Virus record (IMG/VR): IMGVR_UViG_2049941000_000845
Reading direction: 5' to 3' (one strand)
Origin: an uncultured virus (IMG/VR IMGVR_UViG_2049941000_000845)
Lineage: Duplodnaviria > Heunggongvirae > Uroviricota > Caudoviricetes
Length of the DNA: 44,983 bases
Shown: positions 19,985-28,669 of the stretch, piece by piece
Layout: each line of letters begins with the position of its first letter
Numbering within the stretch: the stretch's first letter is position 1
Position numbers and translations under genes: made by a program
Notes under the pieces: model-generated
The model's input: only the letters and a program-made list of their open reading frames with translations
The model's database searches: none
Told to the model about the DNA's origin: nothing

Positions 19985-21011
19985 TATGAGGCCTCCTTCA
20001 ATAAAAATGCCGCCTTTGCGGCGGTGACCATTTCCGTATTCATATGGGGCAGACATTTTCTGTACACCCTTGCTTTCAGTTCNNNNNNNNNNGCGTCGGG
20101 CACATCATTGCGTTCTCCGGCGTATTCTCCGCGCAGGAGTTCACAGGCATAGTTGTAACACTGCGCGGCGCTTTCCTTATCGGTAAAGTGTCCGAAGTAG
20201 ATGTGCCTTCCCGATGCGTAGATAAATGAAGTCCAGCGTTTCTTACGCTTGTTCCAGAACACACCCGTATATCCCGAACGGTTGGTAGACAGCCGACTGT
20301 GGTTCATGGAATTCTGCAGGGCGGTAACAATTCGCAGATTATCACGACGGCAGTCGGTTTTGTCTCGGTTAACGTGGTCGATGGGAAACCCGGTGGCGGA
20401 TTCCATATCCATTACAAACCAGTGAATCATCATCTTCGGAAGTCCACGGTTGCCTCTTTGAATATAACCCTTGCTGTTGCGGAACCAGTTATACTTCCTG
20501 ACTTCATCGATGAGTTCAGCATCAACTGTAAACCCTGTTCCGTCCGGCAGCTCTCCGTGAGCGGCACTGCCTTCAATCCGAAAGTGGTACTCCGGCGGGC
20601 AGTTTCGACATCCGTTTCCTTTCCTGACTGTCAACTCTCCTCTTGTATGAGTTGAGATTGATCCACACTTGAGGCATCTGCACTTGAAGAGAATGGCCCC
20701 GTGTCTGTTTTTTCCCGATTCGGAAAGAATCTCGAAGCCATTGATAATGTCGCCTGGAAACGAGAGCCTCTTTCGACCGGAAGGAGCNNNNNNNNNNNNN
20801 NNNNNNNNNNNNNNNNNNNNNNNNNNNNNNNNNNNNNNNNNCATTTGCAGTTTTCCTTTGACAGCCGTCCCGTCGGGACGCTGTATTTCTTTCCGCATCG
20901 GCATCTGACATTCCAACGGAGATGTCCTGTTGCATCCTTTTCAGCGGGCCCGAGGACAGTCAGCCACCCATACTCCCGCCCGATGATAATTTCCTTTCTC
21001 GGTTTTGCCAT
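19984..21011 (-). CDS. HNH-AP2 homing endonuclease-like protein with N-terminal Cys repeats
   Basis: Two xxCRCxxCG-type units, IDHVNRDKTDCRRDNL (HNH), SGYTGVFW...W...I...YFGHF...AA.CYN (AP2). Confidence 0.8.
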
Positions 21012-21565
21012 TACCGTTTTCCCTCCCGCGCACGAAGCAGGCGCTCCATAAGGTCGTCCTGCGGAGAAGCATCTCCGTAATCTGTGGAGCAGTTTTCCTT
21101 CACGATCTGGAAGATTTCATTCCACAGTCTTACTGCCTGATTCATGTAATTGATACCGATGTTGATGAACGGAGAGGTGATGGGTTTCTGTGTCGTCGGA
21201 TGCTTTGAGAGCATTCCCATCTTGCTGGTCATCTCTTCGCACTGAATCCAGCGCGCCGAGCACATTGCATAGCGTTCAAGAAGCTGCGGAGATACTTTTG
21301 AAGCACAGCCGATCTTCTTCAGCCACTCCCAGGTTTCGGTGTAGATGTCTTCCGCCTGCAGGGTGCTTCCATCGCGTTGTTCGGCTGAAAGAAAATCATG
21401 GGGCTTTGGCATATCGACACCCTCGACTTCGGGAATGTCAAGAACAGTCAGCTTTCTGCCGCCGGGATTGCCGTTTTCGACCTTCTCCTTGACAGGACTT
21501 TTCTTGCGTCCCGCACCTGGTCTCTTGCCGCCCTGACCGCCCGTGTTGTTTGATTTTGTAGGCAT
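21011..21565 (-). CDS. terS: Terminase small subunit (P27-like)
   Basis: GGKRPGAGRK...GNPGGR N-terminus; SPFINI; DDLMERLL; next to HNH. Confidence 0.85.
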   Translation of the reverse strand: MPTKSNNTGGQGGKRPGAGRKKSPVKEKVENGNPGGRKLTVLDIPEVEGVDMPKPHDFLSAEQRDGSTLQAEDIYTETWEWLKKIGCASKVSPQLLERYAMCSARWIQCEEMTSKMGMLSKHPTTQKPITSPFINIGINYMNQAVRLWNEIFQIVKENCSTDYGDASPQDDLMERLLRAREGKR

Positions 21566-21741
21566 TTCGCCACCTCTTTTCCTGCCGGGTTCACCGGCTT
21601 GTTTTTTGGCTCGGGCAATTACCCTTCAGATTTCGCCGTGAGCGCACACGGACCCCCAGGCCGCTGCCCGAGATAATGGTCCTGGAGATTACGACCGCCC
21701 CTCCCGGAAGAGAGAACGAAACTGAAAGCGGCGCGCCGGGA

Positions 21742-22104
21742 TCATCGGTCGCCGAGTTCGTGGTGCAGCTTCGTGTGGCACGACTGGCACAGGCTCATAA
21801 GGTTGCTTTCTCTGTGATCGCCGCCCCTGGAAATAGGCAGGATGTGATGCACCTCTTCGACCGGGGTCAGCCGTCCTTCCTTCAGACACATCTCGCAGAG
21901 GGGGTGGGCCTTGGCGTAGCGGTCACGGATGCGCTTCCAAGCGCGGCCGTACTTCCTGTTCACGTCCGCCGCGCGTTCGTACCTGTTGTAGCGGTCGCGC
22001 TCCGCCTTGGCGTGTTCTTTGCAGTACTGACCGCCGTCCACGGCAAGCCTCGGACAGCCGGGGTGACCGCAGGGACGCTGTGGTTTCCTTGGCACGGGGT
22101 TCAC
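21742..22104 (-). CDS. Terminase-associated HNH endonuclease
   Basis: PC.HPGCP, CEMC, VHHILP...GG...NLMSLCQSCH; directly upstream of terS. Confidence 0.9.
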   Translation of the reverse strand: MNPVPRKPQRPCGHPGCPRLAVDGGQYCKEHAKAERDRYNRYERAADVNRKYGRAWKRIRDRYAKAHPLCEMCLKEGRLTPVEEVHHILPISRGGDHRESNLMSLCQSCHTKLHHELGDR

Positions 22105-22187
22105 CTCCGTCTGCGGAACTTCTCACGGAGCCAGTAGCGGATGATGTACCAGCACTGCTCCAAAGCGTCGACTTTTCTGTAGCTCAT
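22101..22187 (-). CDS. Small basic peptide (28 aa)
   Basis: AAGGAGG RBS, MSYRKVDALEQCWYIIRYWLREKFRRRR, stop overlaps HNH start. Confidence 0.5.
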   Translation of the reverse strand: MSYRKVDALEQCWYIIRYWLREKFRRRR

Positions 22188-22210
22188 AAGGGGGTCCTCC
22201 TTCGCGGGGC

Positions 22211-22246
22211 AAAAGAAAAGCCCCACGGGATTGCTCCCGCGAGGCT
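22211..22246 (-). terminator. Intrinsic terminator-like hairpin
   Basis: AGCCTCGCGGGA-GCAA-TCCCGTGGGGCT followed by TTTCTTTT on the minus strand. Confidence 0.65.
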
Positions 22247-22274
22247 CGTCCTGTACGCGATTTCTCATACTACC

Positions 22275-22321
22275 ATTATATCTCTTTTCCATGTGCCAAA
22301 CTACGGCAAAGTGTGCCAACT
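22275..22321 (-). promoter_or_regulatory. Putative late promoter with phased repeats
   Basis: TATAAT at 22275-22280 (minus), no canonical -35; TGTGCCAA at 22292 and 22312 with a degenerate copy at 22302. Confidence 0.6.
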
Positions 22322-22738
22322 TTAATCTGGCACCGAAAAATTTCTCAGAGCCGAGGCGTGAATGCGGTGAACCGTGCGGTCGGAAACGCTCAACATGGAA
22401 GCGATCTGCTCCCAGGTGCGGTTGTCGAGATAACGGTATGTCAGAAGAAGCCGCTCCTCACGGTTTTCCACCTTTTCGAGGGATTCCGTGATCTTCTTTT
22501 TCAGAACCACCAGTTCGCAGAGTTCACGGTGGATCTTCTGCTCCATATCCATGATATCGTCCAGATAGCGGACGAACGGCGGATCGGGATTTCGGGAAGT
22601 CTGCACACGCTCTCCGAAATTCGACCCCGATATTCTTGTCGCCAGATCTCGGAGTCTTTCCAGCTCCTCCACGTCCGAGTCGATCAGCTCATTCAGCCTG
22701 TAAGCCTGATTCAGAAATTCTTTTGCTGTCACAGCCAT
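22322..22738 (-). CDS. Late transcriptional activator (DUF1492 / RinA-ArpU-like)
   Basis: TAKEFLNQAY start; LLTYRYL..TWEQIA..L.VS.RTVHRIH..AL HTH; last gene before packaging module. Confidence 0.8.
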   Translation of the reverse strand: MAVTAKEFLNQAYRLNELIDSDVEELERLRDLATRISGSNFGERVQTSRNPDPPFVRYLDDIMDMEQKIHRELCELVVLKKKITESLEKVENREERLLLTYRYLDNRTWEQIASMLSVSDRTVHRIHASALRNFSVPD

Positions 22739-22772
22739 ACCTCCGGGGTGTTTATTTCCCTCGGATTGACTC

Positions 22773-24143
22773 TCATTGTCTCAGATTTGCCTTGACTGCC
22801 TCAATTAACGCCGCCTGTGTGGTGTCCTTCTTCTGAAGGGCTTTCAGAATCCGTTCGTCAATTGTGTCCTCGGTCACGATGTGTTGCACGACGACGGTTT
22901 TCGCGTTCTGCCCCTGCCTCCACAGTCTCGCCACGGTCTGCTGGTACAGTTCCAGCGACCATGTCAGCCCGTACCACACAAGCGTCGAACCTCCGCTTTG
23001 AAGATTCAGCCCGTGTCCCGCCGACGCAGGGTGGATAAGGGCGACGGGCAGTTCGCCCTCGTTCCACCTTCGGATACTCGCCTCCGTGTCAAGCCTTGAA
23101 AACGGGATATGCAGTTTGTGGAGCCTTTCGCTGATGCGGTCAAAATCGTGCCGGAACCAGTAAGCCACAAGCAGCGGATTCTCGTTCATACTCTCGATGA
23201 TGTCCTCAAGGGCGTCGAGTTTGCGGTCGTGAAGACTCAGTACCTTCTGCGTATCGGTGTATATCGCCCCGTTTGCCATCTGGGAGAGCTTGCCGGACAA
23301 CGCCGCAGCGTTTGCGGCTGTGATCTCGCCGCCCGGAAGCTGAAGCACGAGGTCTTTGCACATATCGTCGTATTTTCGACGTTCATCCTCCGACAGTCGG
23401 ACGATATGATTGGTGCTGACCAGTTTCGGCATTTTCAGATGGTCGGTCGCCTTCATGGAAATCGTGATATCCGAGATTTTCTCATATATCCGCTTCTCGG
23501 CTCCCGGCAGCGGCTTGTAGGAGTAGACGATCTGTCCGTTCATCTTGTCTGGCTTGAAATACGCCGTTCGGTACTGCCCGATAAAGCGGCCAAGCCGTTC
23601 TCCCATATCCAGAAGCCGGAATTCCGCCCACAGATCCATCAGCCCGTTGGCAGTAGGCGTTCCCGTAAGCCCCACGATGCGCTTGACCTTCGGTCTTACC
23701 TTCATAAGGCTCCTGAACCGTTTCGCCTGATGGTTCTTGAAGGACGAAAGCTCATCTACCACTACCATGTCGAAGTCAAAGCGGATATTGTCGATCATCC
23801 ACTGCACGTTTTCGCGGTTGATGATGTAGATATCGGCTTTCGCCCTCAAGGCTTCGAGTCGCTCCTTCTCAGTACCGATAGCCACGCTCAGTATCAGATC
23901 ATTGAGATGCGACCATTTCCGAATCTCATCTTTCCAAACGTTACCCACTCGGAGAGGGCAAATAACCAGCACCTTACGAACCTCAAACCTGTCGAACATC
24001 AGCTCATTGATGGCGGTAAGCGTTGTCACAGTTTTACCAAGTCCGCAGCTTAAAAGAAGCGCGGCCGCCGGATGGTCTATAATGAAATTCGCACTGTATT
24101 TCTGATATTCGTGCAGGTCATTTTTGCTTAGTAAAGCGTCCAA
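22773..24143 (-). CDS. SNF2-family helicase
   Basis: CGLGKT, VVDELS, LTGTP, SAGHGLNLQ, QTVARLWRQGQ. Confidence 0.93.
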   Translation of the reverse strand: MDALLSKNDLHEYQKYSANFIIDHPAAALLLSCGLGKTVTTLTAINELMFDRFEVRKVLVICPLRVGNVWKDEIRKWSHLNDLILSVAIGTEKERLEALRAKADIYIINRENVQWMIDNIRFDFDMVVVDELSSFKNHQAKRFRSLMKVRPKVKRIVGLTGTPTANGLMDLWAEFRLLDMGERLGRFIGQYRTAYFKPDKMNGQIVYSYKPLPGAEKRIYEKISDITISMKATDHLKMPKLVSTNHIVRLSEDERRKYDDMCKDLVLQLPGGEITAANAAALSGKLSQMANGAIYTDTQKVLSLHDRKLDALEDIIESMNENPLLVAYWFRHDFDRISERLHKLHIPFSRLDTEASIRRWNEGELPVALIHPASAGHGLNLQSGGSTLVWYGLTWSLELYQQTVARLWRQGQNAKTVVVQHIVTEDTIDERILKALQKKDTTQAALIEAVKANLRQ

Positions 24144-24711
24144 GACGGTCCCTCTCTTTCTGTGAAGCGTGAATAACCGAGTGCTCGGAAGCGGAAAGCA
24201 CTTGGAGATTATCGGGTGAGTTGTTCAGATGATTTCCGTCGATATGGTGAACCTCTTCATCGTCCTTCAGCGGTCTGCCCAGGTTTCTCTCGGCAATCGT
24301 CCGATACAGTATCTTTCCGGCAACCTTCTGATTTGGCGCTCCTGCTTTTTCAAAGTTGATGTAGTCCAGGTAACATCCGATGTCACAGAAATTGTGCTGA
24401 TTCCTTTCAACGTCGGAGCGTTTGCGGGTAAATATCGCTTCACACCAGTCGCACCTGACCTGAACAGTTTTGATTTTGAACGCATAGCTGCAGGCGGCGC
24501 AGCAGAAGAAGTGCCGGTTTCTGCTTCTGTGATGGCCGCGATATTCAAACTCTCTGCCGCAGTTGTCGCAGGTTTTCAGGCTCTGCACTCTGTAACGCTC
24601 GGCATTCGATCTGCCGAGACAGGCTTTGCTGCAATAGTTCCGCTCCTTTACAGACCCTGGTTTGCGTTCAAATACCTTCCCGCACCAGTCACATTTGATT
24701 TGTAGTTTCAT
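24118..24711 (-). CDS. HNH homing endonuclease with repeated zinc-ribbon units
   Basis: Three CDxC...(Y/F)C..C units, then EEVHHIDGNHLNNSPDNL..EH..IH. Confidence 0.82.
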   Translation of the reverse strand: MKLQIKCDWCGKVFERKPGSVKERNYCSKACLGRSNAERYRVQSLKTCDNCGREFEYRGHHRSRNRHFFCCAACSYAFKIKTVQVRCDWCEAIFTRKRSDVERNQHNFCDIGCYLDYINFEKAGAPNQKVAGKILYRTIAERNLGRPLKDDEEVHHIDGNHLNNSPDNLQVLSASEHSVIHASQKERDRLGRFTKQK

Positions 24712-24973
24712 CGATGATCCCTCCGATCTGTTCCGCTTCGTCAAGGACATACACGCGGAAGCCCAGCCGCCGCAGAAGCCGATGTCTTGACAGTTGAAGC
24801 GGTCTCGGCTTTTCGCTGGGGGCCTTGACCTCAACAAAGGCGATACGGCCTCCCGGCATCAGTACCATGCGGTCGGGCATCCCGTCGAAGCCGGGTGATA
24901 CGAGCTTTGGCGCGATGCCGCCGGAACGCCTGACAGCCGAAACCAGCTTCTGTTCGATGGCTTTCTCTCTCAT
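24689..24973 (-). CDS. VRR-NUC domain nuclease
   Basis: MREKAIEQKL...GMPDRMVL...FVEVKAP...RPLQ. Confidence 0.92.
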   Translation of the reverse strand: MREKAIEQKLVSAVRRSGGIAPKLVSPGFDGMPDRMVLMPGGRIAFVEVKAPSEKPRPLQLSRHRLLRRLGFRVYVLDEAEQIGGIIDETTNQM

Positions 24974-25560
24974 AGAAGCTTCACCACCGGGTCGGCGAGG
25001 TCGAACGCCGCATAAGAAGCGGAGAGAAAGTCGCGGATGACCCTGCCCTTGTAGGTCAGCGTCGTCTTCGTGCCGGCGTGAACGGCGTAACTGCCGTAAT
25101 TCTCGACAATCGTTATAAGCTGACCTTTGTACTGTCGGTAGCGGGTGTTGCGGCTCGTCTGCTTCCACGCTTTTCTGANNNNNNNNNNNNNNNNNNNNNN
25201 NNNNNNNNNNNNNNNNNNNNNNNNNNNNNNNNNNNNNNNNNNNNNNNNNCGGTTCCGCATGAGGCGTTCGCGCTCCTTCGCCTTGAGGATGTCGCCTTCC
25301 ATGATTCCGGCGCAGATGCAGCCGACAGTGACAGGCTCGAAGTATTCCTCGTGCTCCATGATGTGTTCGTACCGCACGTTGCCGCATCCACAGAGTTCGC
25401 ATTCGCTCAGAGACGCTTCCGGGTCGTCCTCGCGGACGTCCACGACGTCGGCACAGTGCCAACCATGCAAAGGTGCGCCCCATTCCTTCAAACGACGCAG
25501 ACACTTCGCCAGATATTTTTTGTCCATATTGTCCGCGCCGTAAATATTGACTGTGTTCAT
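24970..25560 (-). CDS. Hypothetical putative Zn-binding protein
   Basis: CELCG...RYEH...VGCICAG; GGAGG RBS; spans gap. Confidence 0.7.
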   Translation of the reverse strand: MNTVNIYGADNMDKKYLAKCLRRLKEWGAPLHGWHCADVVDVREDDPEASLSECELCGCGNVRYEHIMEHEEYFEPVTVGCICAGIMEGDILKAKERERLMRNXXXXXXXXXXXXXXXXXXXXXXXXXRKAWKQTSRNTRYRQYKGQLITIVENYGSYAVHAGTKTTLTYKGRVIRDFLSASYAAFDLADPVVKLL

Positions 25561-25589
25561 TGAAAACCTCCTGTTTTACTGACTTTCCG

Positions 25590-26022
25590 GGGTTTTGTCC
25601 TTTTGTCACATTTGTCCCTCTGTCTGTGGGTGGAGAGAGGGGAAAATACCGATATATAAATAAATAGTTTGAATTTGTTTATCTTAAGGTTTCGGANNNN
25701 NNNNNNGCCCGCCCAGTCCGCAAGCTCGGCATAATCGGTTACCAGCTTCGGCTCTATCTGCTCCGCAAAGGAGATCAGCAGCTTTTCGGCGTCGTCCGAA
25801 AGCGTAATGACCTCCGGCTTTTCCGGGTACTCGTCCTCCAGCAGATTGATGACGAGCCGCTCGTATCTGTGGTAGACCTCGTCCGTCACGGGTTTCGACC
25901 GGAAGCGTCTGCTGCCGACGAAGGACACGGGCATACAGTAGAGAAAACGTGCGGTCAGGCCTCTGCCTCTGAAGGTCGTATTGTTCAGCACTTCAGAGNN
26001 NNNNNNNNAAAGGACAAAACCC
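25590..26022. repeat. 14-bp perfect inverted repeat with TTTGTC iterons and AT-rich core (candidate origin)
   Basis: GGGTTTTGTCCTTT (25590-25603) / AAAGGACAAAACCC (26009-26022); TTTGTC at 25594, 25602, 25611. Confidence 0.55.
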
Positions 26023-28243
26023 GCTCTCGACCCACGGATTCACGCTGTACTTCGGCAGCGGAGGTCTGCCCGGACTGACCGTTTTTTCCGGCTGCCGCGC
26101 GATGTAACCGTAATCGTCGAGGAAGTCCAGAACGGGCTGTATCTCCGCCACGGTCTTAAACGTGCGGCAGTACCGCATCGCGGCGCGCCTGTCAAACTCG
26201 GTGAGCTTCCGTTCCTTCAGCATGGTCAGGATTCGGTTCGCCTGTTTGAACATGGCGTCCTCCGGCAGAACGGAATAGGCCGCCTGAGCGTGGTTCAGAA
26301 AATACCTTCCGAGGCGTATGGCGTTTTCCATCGTTCTGCCGTCCACCGTGAGCGGTTCCGCCACGTCCAGGAACTCATGACTCCGATGGGTTCCGGCGCG
26401 GCAAAGAAGTCCCGCGATGCGGAGCGTNNNNNNNNNNNNNNNNNNNNNNNNNNNNNNNNNNNNNNNNNNNNNNNNNNNNNNNNNNNNNNNNNNNNNNNNN
26501 NNNNNNNNNNNNNNNNNNNNNNNNNNNNNNNNNNNNNNNNNNNNNNNNNNNNNNNNNNNNNNNNNNNNNNNNNNNNNNNNNNNNNNNNNNNNNNNNNNNN
26601 NNNNNNNNNNNNNNNNNNNNNNNNNNNNNNNNNNNNNNNNNNNNNNNNNNNNNNNNNNNNNNNNNNNNNNNNNNNCGGCTGCGCCATCAGCAGAATGGTC
26701 AGAGCGGGGTTCATGATGCTCTCACTCTCTCTGCCGATACGGTCGACGCGGATGGGATCGCCGGAGTATCCTTTCAGCATGACGTCGATGTTGACGTTCT
26801 TCGTGTAGATGCCGGCGAGGGTATCGAAGATGCCGCCCTCGCTGGAGATCAGCGCCGCTCTGCCGTGGTTTGCGGAAATGACCGATACCAGCTTTTCGGT
26901 TGTGATATCGTCCACATAGAGCTGCATCGGGAGGATCCCCCGGAACTCGGAGATCTCCTGCGCGATCTTCTCCATTTCCTCCGCCTCGACCTTGCCCTTG
27001 GCGACCTGGTCTTCAATGGCTTTCTGCCTGCGTTCCAGAACCCGTTTCTGCATCCTGCTGCTCTCCACGAGTGCGGCGTTGCGCTGATTGTACTGAAACT
27101 CATACTCGTTGATGGGCTTGAGCATCATGTGCTGAACCGCCGACTTTCTCTCGGAGGGCGGAGCAATGGCAAGGACGTAGGTGTTGAGCGGCTCGAACCA
27201 GTCCTGCTTGCCCTGAACGCGGAATTTGCCCTGCAGACATACTGAGAGCATGGAGAGTGACACGGCTCCCGCCATATCCACCGGGGTCTGCGTGCTCTCC
27301 GCCACGGCGGGCACATANNNNNNNNNNNNNNNNNNNNNNNNNNNNNNNNNNNNNNNNNNNNATAGTCTGAAATGTCCTTCGGCAGCGCCTCGATCGGGAA
27401 CCGCGCCATCGTGTATCTGCTGAAAGGAATGGGGTCTTCCCATCTGATGGGACCTTTCGCGTTGTAAACCTCCGGGGAGATGTAGTCGGGCTGGCTTGCG
27501 ATCCGCTTGTAGTACTTGGACGCGCTGCGCCAGATGGTCTCAAGTTCCGAGTCGTCGAGCGGTGGGACGCATCTTTCCGCCTGCCGATAAAAACACTTTC
27601 TGGATTCTTCCGTATTCCCATAGCGTTTCATGGAGCGTACTGCCCACCGGAACATCGTGGCGTTTCTGCTGCCTTCATGGATCTCCTGATCCATATGGGC
27701 GAAGGCGTCCTCATCGAAGAACATGGACAGATTGAGGATGCCCGCTTGGACATAGATCTCGGCGTCGGGATTGCCGTAGAAGAACCTTGCGGCATCCTGT
27801 GCCTTGGTGTCAAAGTACGGGAAGAACTCCTGCACCCGTTTGATCAGCCGCTTGTATTCCTCAGGGCTGGTGATCCTGTCAACGAAGAAGACGATATGGT
27901 ATTTCGGTCTCGGGGCTTTGCCGTCTTTCGGCTTCATGTGATTGCGACTGGTATAGATCAGCATGGACACGTCCCGGAACTCTTCAATGATGGCTTCCTT
28001 CGTGATCCAGTCTTTCGGATCGTCCGAGTGGGTGTTGTCGCAGTCCGTCACAAGGGTATCCGTATACTTGAAGTTTTTCTCATCGCGGTAGTTGTTTTTG
28101 AAACAGATGAAGGTGTGGTCGTTCGCCACCAGCTTTTTGAGAGTATCAACATCCGTTGCCATGTGGAAGTCGGGATACAGGCAGTTCGTCTTATTCCCTC
28201 GACAGCGCGCCACCCAGATGGGAAGTGAAAACGCAGTGCTCAT
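25707..28243 (-). CDS. Primase-helicase: primase-like N-terminus, PriCT-like domain, DUF3987 (YfjI-like) domain; blocks misordered
   Basis: DCDN, TSRNH, PKYHIVF; EGSRNATMF...PPLDDSE; APPSERKS, TTEKL, SEGG, MAQP, GLTARFL. Confidence 0.75.
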
Positions 28244-28662
28244 GGCGTCGCCTCCTTCAGATCGTCCGTGAAATACCGAACGGGCATATTCTTTTTCCTG
28301 GCATTCTCGATTTCCGCTTTCATTCCGCAAGATACGGTTTCTCCGAACACCCAAAGCTCCTCGCAGCGACCGAGCAGCACCATGTCCATGAACATGGCGA
28401 GTTCCCGTTCCGTCTCCTCGTCCATAAAGAGCGGAAACAGGAGATGCGGCGCAAGTGGGATCGCATGGCTGTCTACTGCAAAGCGGCTGTAGCGTATTGC
28501 CTTCGCGGTGTTGCCGGGGATATCCCCGGAAAACGGGCTGCAGATATACACGAGAGGTCGGTACCTTGCCGCCCTTGCCGCAAGCCGCTCTTCCTTCTCA
28601 ATGACAGAGAGCGCTCCGTATGCTGTCGGATCGGGATAGCCTTCAGCGTTGTATTTGTTCAT
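28240..28662 (-). CDS. DUF4406/DUF7768-like (nucleoside deoxyribosyltransferase-like fold) protein
   Basis: VYICSPFSGD...PLAPHL...CEELWVFG...GMKAEI. Confidence 0.7.
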   Translation of the reverse strand: MNKYNAEGYPDPTAYGALSVIEKEERLAARAARYRPLVYICSPFSGDIPGNTAKAIRYSRFAVDSHAIPLAPHLLFPLFMDEETERELAMFMDMVLLGRCEELWVFGETVSCGMKAEIENARKKNMPVRYFTDDLKEATP

Positions 28663-28669
28663 GGCTGTC

